Positions 9,137 to 18,900 of a stretch of DNA of 45,311 bases are shown here, piece by piece. Below the pieces are notes generated by a model, which ran no database searches, was not told where the DNA came from, and saw only the letters and a list, made by a program, of their open reading frames with translations. A program made the position numbers and the translations under genes. The stretch lies in NCBI GenBank assembly GCA_034440375.1, contig JAWXBZ010000081.1, positions 1 through 45,311 on the forward strand. The letters are read 5' to 3'. Source of the stretch: Candidatus Eiseniibacteriota bacterium (lineage in GTDB: Bacteria > Eisenbacteria > RBG-16-71-46 > JABDJR01 > JAWXBZ01). Positions within the stretch are counted from its first letter, which is position 1; every line of letters begins with the position of its first letter.

Positions 9137-10054
9137 CTAGCGAATGATGACGAAGTGTCCGTTGCGGCGCTGACCGCCGTCACTGGTTTCCGCCACGAAC
9201 ATGTAGACGCCCGGCACGACGTCACGGCCGTCGGCGTTCTTGAGATCCCAGTCGATCGAGCCGTTGGAATCATCGTTCTCGAGGGTTTGAATCAGGTCAC
9301 CGGAGATGGTGAATATCTTGACCCGGGCCGGGCTCGGCAGGTTGATGAACTGGATGCGCTCCTCGCCTCGAAATGACAGGCGGTTCGCCTCGTCGGAAGG
9401 ATCAAACGGATTCGGGACGACACGGACGCCTCCCAGCATCGGCGAAGCGGTAACGGCGCGTCCAGACGGCCTGATCGAATCCAGCCGAAGGCCGGTCCCG
9501 CGGTCCTGAATCACACGTTCCCTGACCCGTGCCACGCCGCCGACCGTGTCGACCGCTGATTCGAACCAGCTGATCGCATACCAGTACTGGAAGCCGTTGA
9601 ATGGCGCCACCGCCCGCCCGGTGAGCGGATCGCAGGCGTCCAGATCAAGACCGGGCGTTCCACCGCAGCCTCGGACCGGGATGGAATCCGGGTCGGAGAA
9701 GACCCGTTGAGTCCCGACAAAGCTCCAGGTGGAATCAAGGATCGCGTAAGTCCGAAGAAGGATCAGTTTGGTCGTGTCGTCCGAAGAGCCACGCCAAATC
9801 TGGTAGCCACCGAATTTGAACTCCTGGCAGCACTCGCCGCAGAGGGTCTTGCAGCGGCGGCGATCCCGGGCGACAAACGTGTCGCCAGCCACGGGATTCC
9901 AGCGCAGTACAATCCGGCGATCATTGGGTTCGGGCGTCAGAAACTGGAGTCCCTGCGCTCGAAGCTCACCGGCAGTGGCCAGCCCGCAGAGGATCAGAAA
10001 GCCCGTCAACAGCATGTGACGCGCTGAAGTCAATCCGCCTGTCCGCCCGTGCAT
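9137..10054 (-). CDS. Small secreted protein: FN3-like domain plus T9SS/FlgD-Ig-like C-terminal sorting domain
   Basis: TGATG coupling to the upstream stop. Hydrophobic signal ending A-x-x-L-R-A-Q. FN3-like pattern LRWNP...GYQIWR...YWYAI. C-terminus VVPNPF...IQFINLP...VKIFTISGDLIQTL...WDLKN...GVYMF...FVIIR. Confidence 0.75.
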   Translation of the reverse strand: MHGRTGGLTSARHMLLTGFLILCGLATAGELRAQGLQFLTPEPNDRRIVLRWNPVAGDTFVARDRRRCKTLCGECCQEFKFGGYQIWRGSSDDTTKLILLRTYAILDSTWSFVGTQRVFSDPDSIPVRGCGGTPGLDLDACDPLTGRAVAPFNGFQYWYAISWFESAVDTVGGVARVRERVIQDRGTGLRLDSIRPSGRAVTASPMLGGVRVVPNPFDPSDEANRLSFRGEERIQFINLPSPARVKIFTISGDLIQTLENDDSNGSIDWDLKNADGRDVVPGVYMFVAETSDGGQRRNGHFVIIR

Positions 10055-12258
10055 CAGCGCGTTCCCTTCCCACCTGGTGCCCAACTGGACGGAAGCTCAC
10101 GACTTGCCGGAGCTCCGCCCCGCAAGGCAAAGTAACGAACCTGCTCGCGCTTCAACCAGTCCAGCATGATCTTGGCCGTACTGAACGTTCCAGTTGAGTC
10201 GGCCACCGACCCCTGCTGCAGTTTGAAGAGTGGGAATCCGAACACCGCGATTGGCCCCTGGCTGGGCATGACGCCTGGATCGCGGTAACGAAAAGCGTTG
10301 GGCTTCCGATCCATCCCCGAGGTCGTGCGCGGAGCCCGGTGGATGTAGAGCGAGTCGAGCCCCCGGGTATCGTCGAAGGTCGGGGTGAACATTGCGTCCG
10401 TGAACGCGATTGTGGGGTTGTTCACGACCACCGTTCGATCAATCGCCAGGGTTCGAAGCCCAACCGAGGTTCCTTCCGGCGTTGGTTCGGCACGGAGCAA
10501 TCCGTTGATTTCAGCCGATGTGCGGGCATTGAAGAACCCACCCCCGCAAATCTTCATGTAGTCACACAGATAATTCCCCTGGACGAATGCCAGGCCGTCG
10601 CCCCCGACGCCGAACTCATAGGCCGTGTTGGCCAGGCATGTCGTGCCCGGGGCCAACTTGAACCCGGCAAACACCGACTCGCCGGTCACCCAGAGGGCTC
10701 CGCCACCCGAACTGTATGCCTGCAGAATGCGTCCCGAATTGCAGGCGTTGGCCGCAACGAGACCCGGGTTGCGTGCGAATCCGCTCCCGAGGACATCCCA
10801 GTAAATTATCTTGTAGGGGCCGATATCCGAGAGTCGCAAAATCGTCGGATCACCCTGCTGATCCTCCGGGCCAAACGTATCGAATTGATCAAACTGATTC
10901 GGGTCGTCGACCGGGATTCCGGCCGCCCGCAGCATTTCCAGGTTGCGCGCATCATGATTCGCATCGCGAAAGCCCTGGCTGATTGGCCGTCGAAAATCAT
11001 CGACGTAGAGCATCTCGCGGTCGAAAGCGAAGCGAATGACGCGAAGCAGGACGATTCCGGTCGTAACGCCACCGCCGGTGTCCCGGCACTTCAGGACAAC
11101 CGTGTGAATTCCCTCCTGCTCGAAGCAGATATCGTCGGTGAATCGATTCAGGCTCCAGCCCCGGAACCCGGAGCCGGGGCCATCATTGTCGGGGTCGACG
11201 TCGACACCCCAGTTATAACCCTGTACCAGCCCCCCGTACTCCGCGGCGTTGCCGCTCATCTCAAACCGGACGCAGGCGCCGGCCGCCATTTCGAATTCAA
11301 TGATGGGGCCGGGAAATTGAAACGTCCCCTGGGAGCGCTCACGAACCGTCAGGATGGGAGTCCCCGAGTTCGCATAGGCATCCAGCACGAGCATGTTCAT
11401 GCCCTTGACGAACTTTGTTTCAATGCCGCCCGCTTCGTCCACGGCCCGAATGGCCAGAATGTACGGGAATCCGGTTTGCAGGCTCAGGCGAAGGCTTGTC
11501 GTATCCCGGCTGATCCGAATCCAGGGAACGTCGGCCGCGTCGACGTCAACCGAGTACTGGGCATCCCGACCGGTCGGTTGCCAGGTGTTCGGCATCTGTT
11601 TCAGCTTCCATTCGTAGTAGGCGGGTTCGCGCTTCGGATCCGGGTTGTCCGGATCGAGCCCCTCCCAGACGATATTGAACTGGCGACCCACGATGAGGAC
11701 GTCGGAAGTCCCAGCCGCGGATGGCACCGTGATCGTGGTCTTGGGTGTGATGTTGGTGGCCGTGAAGGCGATATAATCGGCCGCGGAAACCCCACCCTCG
11801 TTATCGACCGCGCGCACGTAGAAGGTGTGATTACCCCGAAACCGTTCAATCGGCGTGCCGAGGAGCGAATCCTGCTCATCCGTCCGAAAGAGAAAGCTGG
11901 CACGGAATGCCGTCGTGTCAACCCAGGCGATACCGGTGTCAAGCGGATCATTGATCTTGTCCAGTAGATCGTCGGGGACGTCCACCGTGTACTGATAGTG
12001 GTCGATGATGCCGTCGGCATCCCAGCCGGTCCAGAGGATCTCAACCGAATAGTTGACCGAATCCCGTTCCATCTTCTCAGGAGGGATCGCAACGATGCCC
12101 CCCGTGATCAGGACGCTTGGACTCTGGTTTTCGAGCTGCCTGTCTTTTTCGTGTCCGCACGCTGTCAGGTTCACCGTGATAATCGTCACCAGGGCCAGAG
12201 CCAGGTAAAGGAGGCGAACCCGATGAGGAGACCGCTCAATGATGGTGGAAAAGGTCAT
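10054..12258 (-). CDS. Lipoprotein: three beta-sandwich repeats plus C-terminal alpha/beta domain
   Basis: Lipobox NLTAC. Motifs ILWTGWDADGIIDHYQY, HTFYVRAVDNEG, IRAVDEAG, MLYVDD...YKIIYWD...GGGALWVTG. ATGA overlap with the upstream gene. Confidence 0.85.
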   Translation of the reverse strand: MTFSTIIERSPHRVRLLYLALALVTIITVNLTACGHEKDRQLENQSPSVLITGGIVAIPPEKMERDSVNYSVEILWTGWDADGIIDHYQYTVDVPDDLLDKINDPLDTGIAWVDTTAFRASFLFRTDEQDSLLGTPIERFRGNHTFYVRAVDNEGGVSAADYIAFTATNITPKTTITVPSAAGTSDVLIVGRQFNIVWEGLDPDNPDPKREPAYYEWKLKQMPNTWQPTGRDAQYSVDVDAADVPWIRISRDTTSLRLSLQTGFPYILAIRAVDEAGGIETKFVKGMNMLVLDAYANSGTPILTVRERSQGTFQFPGPIIEFEMAAGACVRFEMSGNAAEYGGLVQGYNWGVDVDPDNDGPGSGFRGWSLNRFTDDICFEQEGIHTVVLKCRDTGGGVTTGIVLLRVIRFAFDREMLYVDDFRRPISQGFRDANHDARNLEMLRAAGIPVDDPNQFDQFDTFGPEDQQGDPTILRLSDIGPYKIIYWDVLGSGFARNPGLVAANACNSGRILQAYSSGGGALWVTGESVFAGFKLAPGTTCLANTAYEFGVGGDGLAFVQGNYLCDYMKICGGGFFNARTSAEINGLLRAEPTPEGTSVGLRTLAIDRTVVVNNPTIAFTDAMFTPTFDDTRGLDSLYIHRAPRTTSGMDRKPNAFRYRDPGVMPSQGPIAVFGFPLFKLQQGSVADSTGTFSTAKIMLDWLKREQVRYFALRGGAPASRELPSSWAPGGKGTR

Positions 12259-13913
12259 GGCGCCTGCCTCACAATTCGAATCTGGCGCAGGATGCGCGTT
12301 ACCCGGCCAGTATTCGGGTTGAAAAATGTCCGGTCGATGAGATGCACGGCCAGCGGGTATAAATCGGCGGACTCCGACACGACCAGTTGCTTGACAAACG
12401 GGGCCTGGGCCGGAGGGGTCATTTCGAAACTGGGTTCCAGGAACGAGGATTGGAAGAAAATGCGGTAACCACTGTCGGCCAGGGTGCCTGTCTCTTCACC
12501 AATCACGGTGCTCGGATCGAATGGGCTGGTATTGGGTGGCGGCATGTGGATATCGGATCCGAGGGCGGTCACCACAAGGATCGTGTCCCCGGCCGGAAAG
12601 TTGATGGAAATGGGTTGCTGGGAATTGAATGGCAACAGATCGACCGCCTCCGACTCGGGTGAGGTACTGGCCCGGGCCGTGAGCCGGATCAGATAGGGAG
12701 GGTAATTCACCTTGACCAGGACCGATTCCGGCTTCGAGTCGACGATTTGACTGACATCGATGGCACGAAGCTGGATCAGGTGATCCCCGGATACGAGGCC
12801 GTTGTACTGCTGTTGATTGCGGATCGGGAAGCCGTCACGAGGCTGTACATCTTCCCACGGCGGGAAGGCGAAGTTTCCGACTGAATTGTCTCTGATACCG
12901 CGGCGGGTCTGGTAGCGGGAGAGCCCCGTGCTCAGGCAGCTCGGCTGCAGGTCGCGCGGGTCGTCGAGACCGGTGAAGTAGACGATCACGCTCGATGGCC
13001 GATCCGGCAAGATGGTGCCGCTCGGGTAGGTCAAGCCGTTGAACTGGAACACCAGGTGACGCTCCGGGTCGGACATATCACCCTCGACGGGTGGATCGAC
13101 CACGAGCGTTACGGGATCGAAATTGACAACCACCGATTGGGTGGAATCCTCCGCAGTTCGAAGGCCTCCATCATCGATGGCACGCACCTGAAGCAGCTGA
13201 ACCCGCGAGGCGGTTGGGCTGAGCGTGATGCAATAGGACGTGTCGGCAAGAGTACCTCCCCGGTAACGCGGCTGCGATCCCAGCTTGTATTCAAAGCCGG
13301 TCACGAAGCCATCCGGATCGCAATCAGTACCCCGCCAGGACCAGCAGATATTGGCCCCGACACCCACCGTATCTGTCGGCACGGACTCGCTTGAGCTCAC
13401 GAGAACTCGTTCACGCAGAACGCCGCACTTGTCGATCCAGGTGGCGCGACCTCGATTAAAGATAACCTCGGGGTAGCAGTCGTTGCGGGACTGAAAGAAC
13501 GCGCGGGCCGGGGTCGGGTCGAACTTCCCCTCATTGTCGACTGCCCGAACGTACACGCGCTTGCCAATGATCTGCTGCTCGACCGGCGGGCTGGCTACGA
13601 GTGTGAAGAGGCTGTCGGTGGCCAGTGTGCGCGTATATCCCGTACCTTCATCGGTATCCTGGCCGGGAACGCGATTGGAGTCAGTCACCGCTACTTCGTA
13701 GTAGGCAATTTCCCCGTCCGGATCGGCACCACCCCAATAAAAATGCACACGATAATATGACAGCGTGCTCTCGGCGGGTGCCTTGGTGATGTAGGTTTCC
13801 GGGGGACGATTGCGGTCGATGTTATCGGGGGCTTCGCGGCGACAACTCGAGATGCCAATGACGGCCGCTGCGGCAGCAAGAAATACGAGGCCGCTCCTGG
13901 CGACTCGGGTCAA
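12255..13913 (-). CDS. Lipoprotein built of about four related beta-sandwich repeats
   Basis: TTG start with AAGGAG RBS. Lipobox ISSC. Repeats PETYI...FYWGGADPDG...VRAVDNEG; WRGTDCDPDG...VRAIDDGG; FTGLDDPRD...LRAIDVSQ; LGSD...VHLID. Confidence 0.85.
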   Translation of the reverse strand: MTRVARSGLVFLAAAAAVIGISSCRREAPDNIDRNRPPETYITKAPAESTLSYYRVHFYWGGADPDGEIAYYEVAVTDSNRVPGQDTDEGTGYTRTLATDSLFTLVASPPVEQQIIGKRVYVRAVDNEGKFDPTPARAFFQSRNDCYPEVIFNRGRATWIDKCGVLRERVLVSSSESVPTDTVGVGANICWSWRGTDCDPDGFVTGFEYKLGSQPRYRGGTLADTSYCITLSPTASRVQLLQVRAIDDGGLRTAEDSTQSVVVNFDPVTLVVDPPVEGDMSDPERHLVFQFNGLTYPSGTILPDRPSSVIVYFTGLDDPRDLQPSCLSTGLSRYQTRRGIRDNSVGNFAFPPWEDVQPRDGFPIRNQQQYNGLVSGDHLIQLRAIDVSQIVDSKPESVLVKVNYPPYLIRLTARASTSPESEAVDLLPFNSQQPISINFPAGDTILVVTALGSDIHMPPPNTSPFDPSTVIGEETGTLADSGYRIFFQSSFLEPSFEMTPPAQAPFVKQLVVSESADLYPLAVHLIDRTFFNPNTGRVTRILRQIRIVRQAP

Positions 13914-13979
13914 CTCGGAACTCCTTTCGACGGTTCACTCGGGCCTCCACCGCCTGAGGTTGCCTCCCTAACTGAACAA

Positions 13980-14009
13980 AAGGTAGCAGAGCTTTTTCGG
14001 AGATGTCAA
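13980..14009 (-). promoter_or_regulatory. Sigma70-type promoter of the lipoprotein operon
   Basis: Minus strand TTGACA (14009-14004), 18-nt spacer, TACCTT (13985-13980) with an extended -10 TG, about 65 nt upstream of TTG 13913. Confidence 0.6.
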
Positions 14010-14015
14010 GGCGGG

Positions 14016-15812
14016 CTATCGGGTTCGGGTCGTGTCAGTTCGCGCGGGCGCCACAACTGGAAAAATGGCGTCGAATTCAGTGACGGCCGCGAGGCCCACT
14101 CCTGCAAACCCGGTTGCCACCAGGCTGAACTCTCCATTCGGCATGAATGACAATGACGTAGCGCCGATTCGCTGCCGCAGGAGTGGATCCGCCAGCCATC
14201 CCTGGGCAAGATGTATCCACCGTTCCATCGGCTCACCCGGCCGATCACGGCGGGCCCAGGCCAAAATTTCCAGCAACCCCCCCGTCTTTGAAGCATTCCA
14301 GACTCCCGGCGGCTCCCACCAGTAGCCGTGGATGGTGCTCTCAAGCAGTCCAGCCTCTCCCCAGAGATGGCGGCGCAACGCCTCGCCCACGGCCGCCGTC
14401 GTCAACGAGTCCTGCGAGACCCGGTGAATCCACACCAGCGCCTCGGCCAGATAAAAGGTATCTCCGAAGTCACGGGCACGCACCAGGCGAGGCTCGGGCG
14501 AGTTGTGGGGATGGAGGATCATCATGCCTGATTCAAGTGTCCGTTCGGCCAGCCAGCGTCCGGCTTTTTCGGCTGCCATCCGGTAGCGAGGTTCACCGGT
14601 TGCCAGCGCAAGGGCCGCCAGGCTAGTCCCCTGCGTCGCCGTCGCAACGCTGTACGGGTGTGCGAAGTCGATACCGTCGTACAACCGATTTGGGAATGAC
14701 CCGTCCGCTCGCTGGTCCGGCAACGCCACGTCGTCGGCATAGTGCCGGGCCGCCGTCAGGTATCGGTCACGTCGCTCTGGATCGGCCATGGACGCGGCCA
14801 CGGCAAGCGCGTTCGTCATTGATCCGATATCAGCGAGATTGCTGGAAGTTGCGTCCTGTAAAACTTTCTCCCCGCACTCAGCCCGGCCGAAATAACTCGA
14901 TCGCCAGCGTCCGTCCGGGAGCTGGTCGGATACAAACCGATCAAGCACCCGAAACGCATCCTCCCGCCATTCAGGATGATCCAGGAGATGGCTGGCGGCC
15001 AGAAGCGTCCGAATCGGATAGGCATTCTGATACCAGATTCCGTTGGGCGAAAAGCCGCCCTCCACCGGTTCCTGCTCGACCAGAAACCGGCAAAAAACCT
15101 CCAGCAGGCGGCGGGAATCAGACTCCGGCCCCAGCGTGCCGAGGGAATCGGGATGAGGGACGAACGGGCGCACGTCCCGCGGTCCGGTCTGGGCCAGGGA
15201 CAGCAGGCGCGCCCCGGGTGGTCCATAGACTGCCAGCGACGCCAGGGCGAAGAGACGGCAGCGCTGGGCCCGAATCCGGAACGGCAACCTCCGGTCCGGG
15301 GCGTCGATGGAAAAGCGAACCTGTCTTGGCCGGCCCGCCCTCGTTCGAACGCCGGAAGCGACGTCACGGCCGCGCGTCTCAATGTCAACAGGACCCCTAT
15401 CGCCCTCCGGGTCGCCAAGAGTCAGGATGATCTCATACCCCTTCCCGGCCGGCCCGACCGCCAGGACAAAGGTGGCATCCTCCCCCTCCACAAAATCAGA
15501 CAGATCGAGATTCGATGAATCCCCGCGCCCGATCTCCCGAACCATCCCGTGCGACCACCCACAAACAGGGTCGCGCGTCCGGGATCCGATCCCCTTCATG
15601 CCACCGGCTGTTTTAGTCGTTGGCCCGAAGTCAACCATCACCAGTCGCACCAGGCCGTTGTCCAGTGATTCGGGATAATCACCGCCATCGCGCACCGTTC
15701 CACGCACCCCGCATCCACAGGTGAGGGACAGCAGCAGCCCGATCATGACCGCCAATAGGCGATTGATAACCCGTACCGGCCGACCTCCTCGCTGCACTCG
15801 TTCTCCTGTCAT
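14016..15812 (-). CDS. Putative lipoprotein with galactose-binding-like beta-sandwich and (alpha/alpha)6-barrel (six-hairpin glycosidase/prenyltransferase-like) domain
   Basis: Signal with LTCGC lipobox. F-x-L-x-V...YEIILTLGD beta domain. Helical repeats with QLPDGRW and QRADGSF motifs. Substrate cannot be inferred. Confidence 0.6.
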   Translation of the reverse strand: MTGERVQRGGRPVRVINRLLAVMIGLLLSLTCGCGVRGTVRDGGDYPESLDNGLVRLVMVDFGPTTKTAGGMKGIGSRTRDPVCGWSHGMVREIGRGDSSNLDLSDFVEGEDATFVLAVGPAGKGYEIILTLGDPEGDRGPVDIETRGRDVASGVRTRAGRPRQVRFSIDAPDRRLPFRIRAQRCRLFALASLAVYGPPGARLLSLAQTGPRDVRPFVPHPDSLGTLGPESDSRRLLEVFCRFLVEQEPVEGGFSPNGIWYQNAYPIRTLLAASHLLDHPEWREDAFRVLDRFVSDQLPDGRWRSSYFGRAECGEKVLQDATSSNLADIGSMTNALAVAASMADPERRDRYLTAARHYADDVALPDQRADGSFPNRLYDGIDFAHPYSVATATQGTSLAALALATGEPRYRMAAEKAGRWLAERTLESGMMILHPHNSPEPRLVRARDFGDTFYLAEALVWIHRVSQDSLTTAAVGEALRRHLWGEAGLLESTIHGYWWEPPGVWNASKTGGLLEILAWARRDRPGEPMERWIHLAQGWLADPLLRQRIGATSLSFMPNGEFSLVATGFAGVGLAAVTEFDAIFPVVAPARTDTTRTR

Positions 15813-15851
15813 GGTCGAGGCATCATGCCCCTTGCCGGGCTCCGGTTACAC

Positions 15852-15891
15852 AAAAAAAACCGGGGGCGGTGTCTTTCGACACCGCCCCCGG
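15852..15891 (-). terminator. Rho-independent terminator of the large CTD-protein gene
   Basis: Perfect 14-bp stem CCGGGGGCGGTGTC/GACACCGCCCCCGG with a GAAA loop on the minus strand, followed by 8 T. Confidence 0.92.
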
Positions 15892-15925
15892 CCGTTACCG
15901 GATGGATACCCGGCGGATGTGCTTC

Positions 15926-18900
15926 TTACTTGGAGACGACGAGCTTCTTCGCCGAAACGAAGTCCTCTGCCGTCATGCGGTAGAAGTACATGCCGCTCGG
16001 AACTGTGGAACCGCCCTCGCTGGCGCCGTCCCACGTTACCTCGTGAACGCCGGCCGGCAGCTTCTCATTCACCAGGCTGCGGACCAGACGACCGGTGACG
16101 TCGAAGATTTCGACCTTCACGCGACCGTTGGACACGCCGTTGGTGAACTGAATGCGCGTGGTCGGATTCATCGGGTTCGGGTAGGCATTGCCGAGAGCAT
16201 GACGGAACGCCGGCGGCTGCGGGCCACCGAAGACCGGCACGTCCACGAGAGCTGCCGGGAGACGGCAGATCGACGCGGAGCTGAACCAGTCATGGACGTC
16301 ATCGGTACGGGCGTAAGACGCATTCACGTCATCGCAGCCGACGCCGAAGAAGCCGGCGTTGGAGCGCATACGACCAACCGAGATACCATCCAGAACCGTC
16401 TTGAACGTGACGTCAACCGTATTGAAGTTGGTCACCGACGCGAAGTTAACCGGAGTCAGCACCCCACCCTGACCCGGAACCAGACGGTTGTAACTCATCT
16501 GGCCCCTGGCTGTGGCGACAGCACCGTTTGTACTCAGACGATCAAAGGCAAGTAGATCCGGGCAACCGTTGCCCCGACCACGGGGCTGAATGGTGCTGGC
16601 GAAGTACGCGCCACCGACCGCGAGCGTCGGGATGCAGTAGGAGGTATCAATGGCTGCACCACCGCAACCGGCGAGCCGGATGCTGGTGCAATTCTGAAGG
16701 ACGCCGAGCGTGTTGTTCATGAAGGAACGGGCAAGACCGCCCGAAACATGCATTGACTGCATGATGCCTTCGCCCGAGCCCCAGAAGTTGTTGTTACCGA
16801 TGGCCCGGATGACCAGCCACGGGTTGAGGATGGCCGCATCTTCACTCGTCAGAACGCCCGAGCCAAGAGTGGCTCCGTGCCAGCCGATCACCTTGTACGC
16901 AAATACCTGGATCTGGCTAGCTCCGTACTGAGTTGCGAGAGGACGACCAAAGGACATCTGGATTGAAGACGGCGTCTGGTTGTCGAAACGATCATGACGG
17001 GTCCCTTCGGGATTGTTACCGCCAAGGCCGAGCGACGTACGGAGGCCGGTTTCCTCGAGCTGCTGATCGAAGAGGCTTCGATCGTCGTGGTGATCGACGT
17101 ACAGCACGCAGTTCCAGGTGGAATCGGCTGCCATTGACGAGGGGAGAATCTCCGCTTCGCGCATGTTGACCACACCACCTAGGGTGTCCGGATCCGTGTT
17201 CCAGCTGGTGCCACCCGGGTTACGCGGGTCCGGCGGCAGGTACCGCGAAGCGACGAAGTAGTCGATCCGCGAGCCGGGCGTGAACAGGTGGTCAGGAATG
17301 ATGTCGTTGGCCAGCCGGTTGGGATCGTTGGCATCCACGGACGTGTCGGTACCAACAAAGCCGGGGTCGGCTTCGTGGAACGTACCCATCCAGACACCGA
17401 CGCTCGCCGTGCCGGCCTGCTGCGCGGTGTCCATGCGGGCCGAGTACCAGGTGCCGCCGTAGCGGGCATTCAGGGTCGGCTCAGATGTCCAACGGGCGAC
17501 ATAACCGGCAAGGGTCGCACCGTTCACGAACGGACCGGTTTCGACCTTGAAAACGAGACGAACTTCAACGTTGCCACCATTGCCGCGGGCATTCAGCGTG
17601 TCACCCAGGATGGTCCCGGTTGACGGCACCGAGGAGCCCTTGAGGCGGTTCTGGTCAAGACGGCCGGGGGACGCCGGATTCAGCGTACCGTCCGCGGCAA
17701 AGTTGTCCTGGAAACGATCGAACGTGGTGGTGTTGACCGCCGGCCGTGTCGCACCGCCATAGACGCCGAGACTGATGTTATCCATGTACGGCGTCTGATT
17801 GGTGATGTTGGAACAGTTGGGTGGTGCGAACGGCTGCGTGCGACAGAGGTTCAGCATACCGAACGCGAGCTGCACCTGCTGGGCTCCCGGCGAAATGACG
17901 GCCGAGTAGTCACGAAGACGCGGCGCATTGGCCGGGTTACAGAACGGCGCTTCACCGAAGTAGAAGACAATGTTCTGATCCCGGAACGCCGTCTGAATGA
18001 GCAGGCCGGTAGCCAGGCAGACGTCCGGATAGAACCGGGCACGGAGCTGAACGAAGACGTAGTTCGCGATCGGCATCTCCGCATACACATCGTAGAGCAT
18101 GAGCCTGCCCGGGCGGCCCGCGTCGCCACCGGCGAGAAGGTCGATCCAGGGGGAGACGGCAATGTTGTCCTGGTCCAGCGGGTGACCATCGAGCAGGTCG
18201 AAGAAGACCAGCACCGAGTCACGCAGACCGCAGGGGCAGAACACGGCCGGGGGTGAAAGATTGCCCAGCAGCTCGATATTGGTGAAGTCACCAACACCCG
18301 TGACCGGGGTTTCCTGGACCCAGCCGTTCGAGCCGGCTTCGAAGTCCGTGACGTCGGCACCCACGTTGATATTATCAACGGCAAAGGCACCGCAGACGGT
18401 CGGGTTGAGACCGTCCTCGTCACTGTACGAGCCATCGGCATTGACCACGAACTTGATGGTGTAGCTGCCGGCATCAGAACGCATGTCCTGGCCGGGGTTC
18501 AGCGTGATCGCCGCGCTACCCGAGCCCGCACCGGTCTGGTTGAACAGCTCGATATCGGTCGCGCTGCCGTTGCCAGTGGTATCGATATAGGCATAGACAA
18601 AGTCGAAACCAATCTCAACATCGTAGGCATACTGGAAGCTGAACGCGACATTTCCCGTGCCGCTGTAGGCAAAGGTCTTGGAAACGACCAGATTCCAGTT
18701 GTTGCCGTAACCCTGGCCACCGGCGAAGCAAAGACTATTCGCCTCGGCAAGAGTCACACCGGCCCACAGCGAGAAGGATCCGCTGATGGCGCAGGTGCTG
18801 GAACGGCGGAAGTACGGGAGCGGATTGAGCGTCTGGTCAATGCCGGTCCAGCCTTCGAATTGTTGGTGATAACCAATCGGCTTGTTCGGATTGGCGCCGG

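Noticed and set aside
10339-11967. Long antisense ORFs (542 aa here; also 2869-4389, 1708-2868, 7356-8657, 41076-42470)
   Set aside because: These are shadow ORFs opposite well-supported genes, expected in GC-rich DNA, and show no recognisable motifs.
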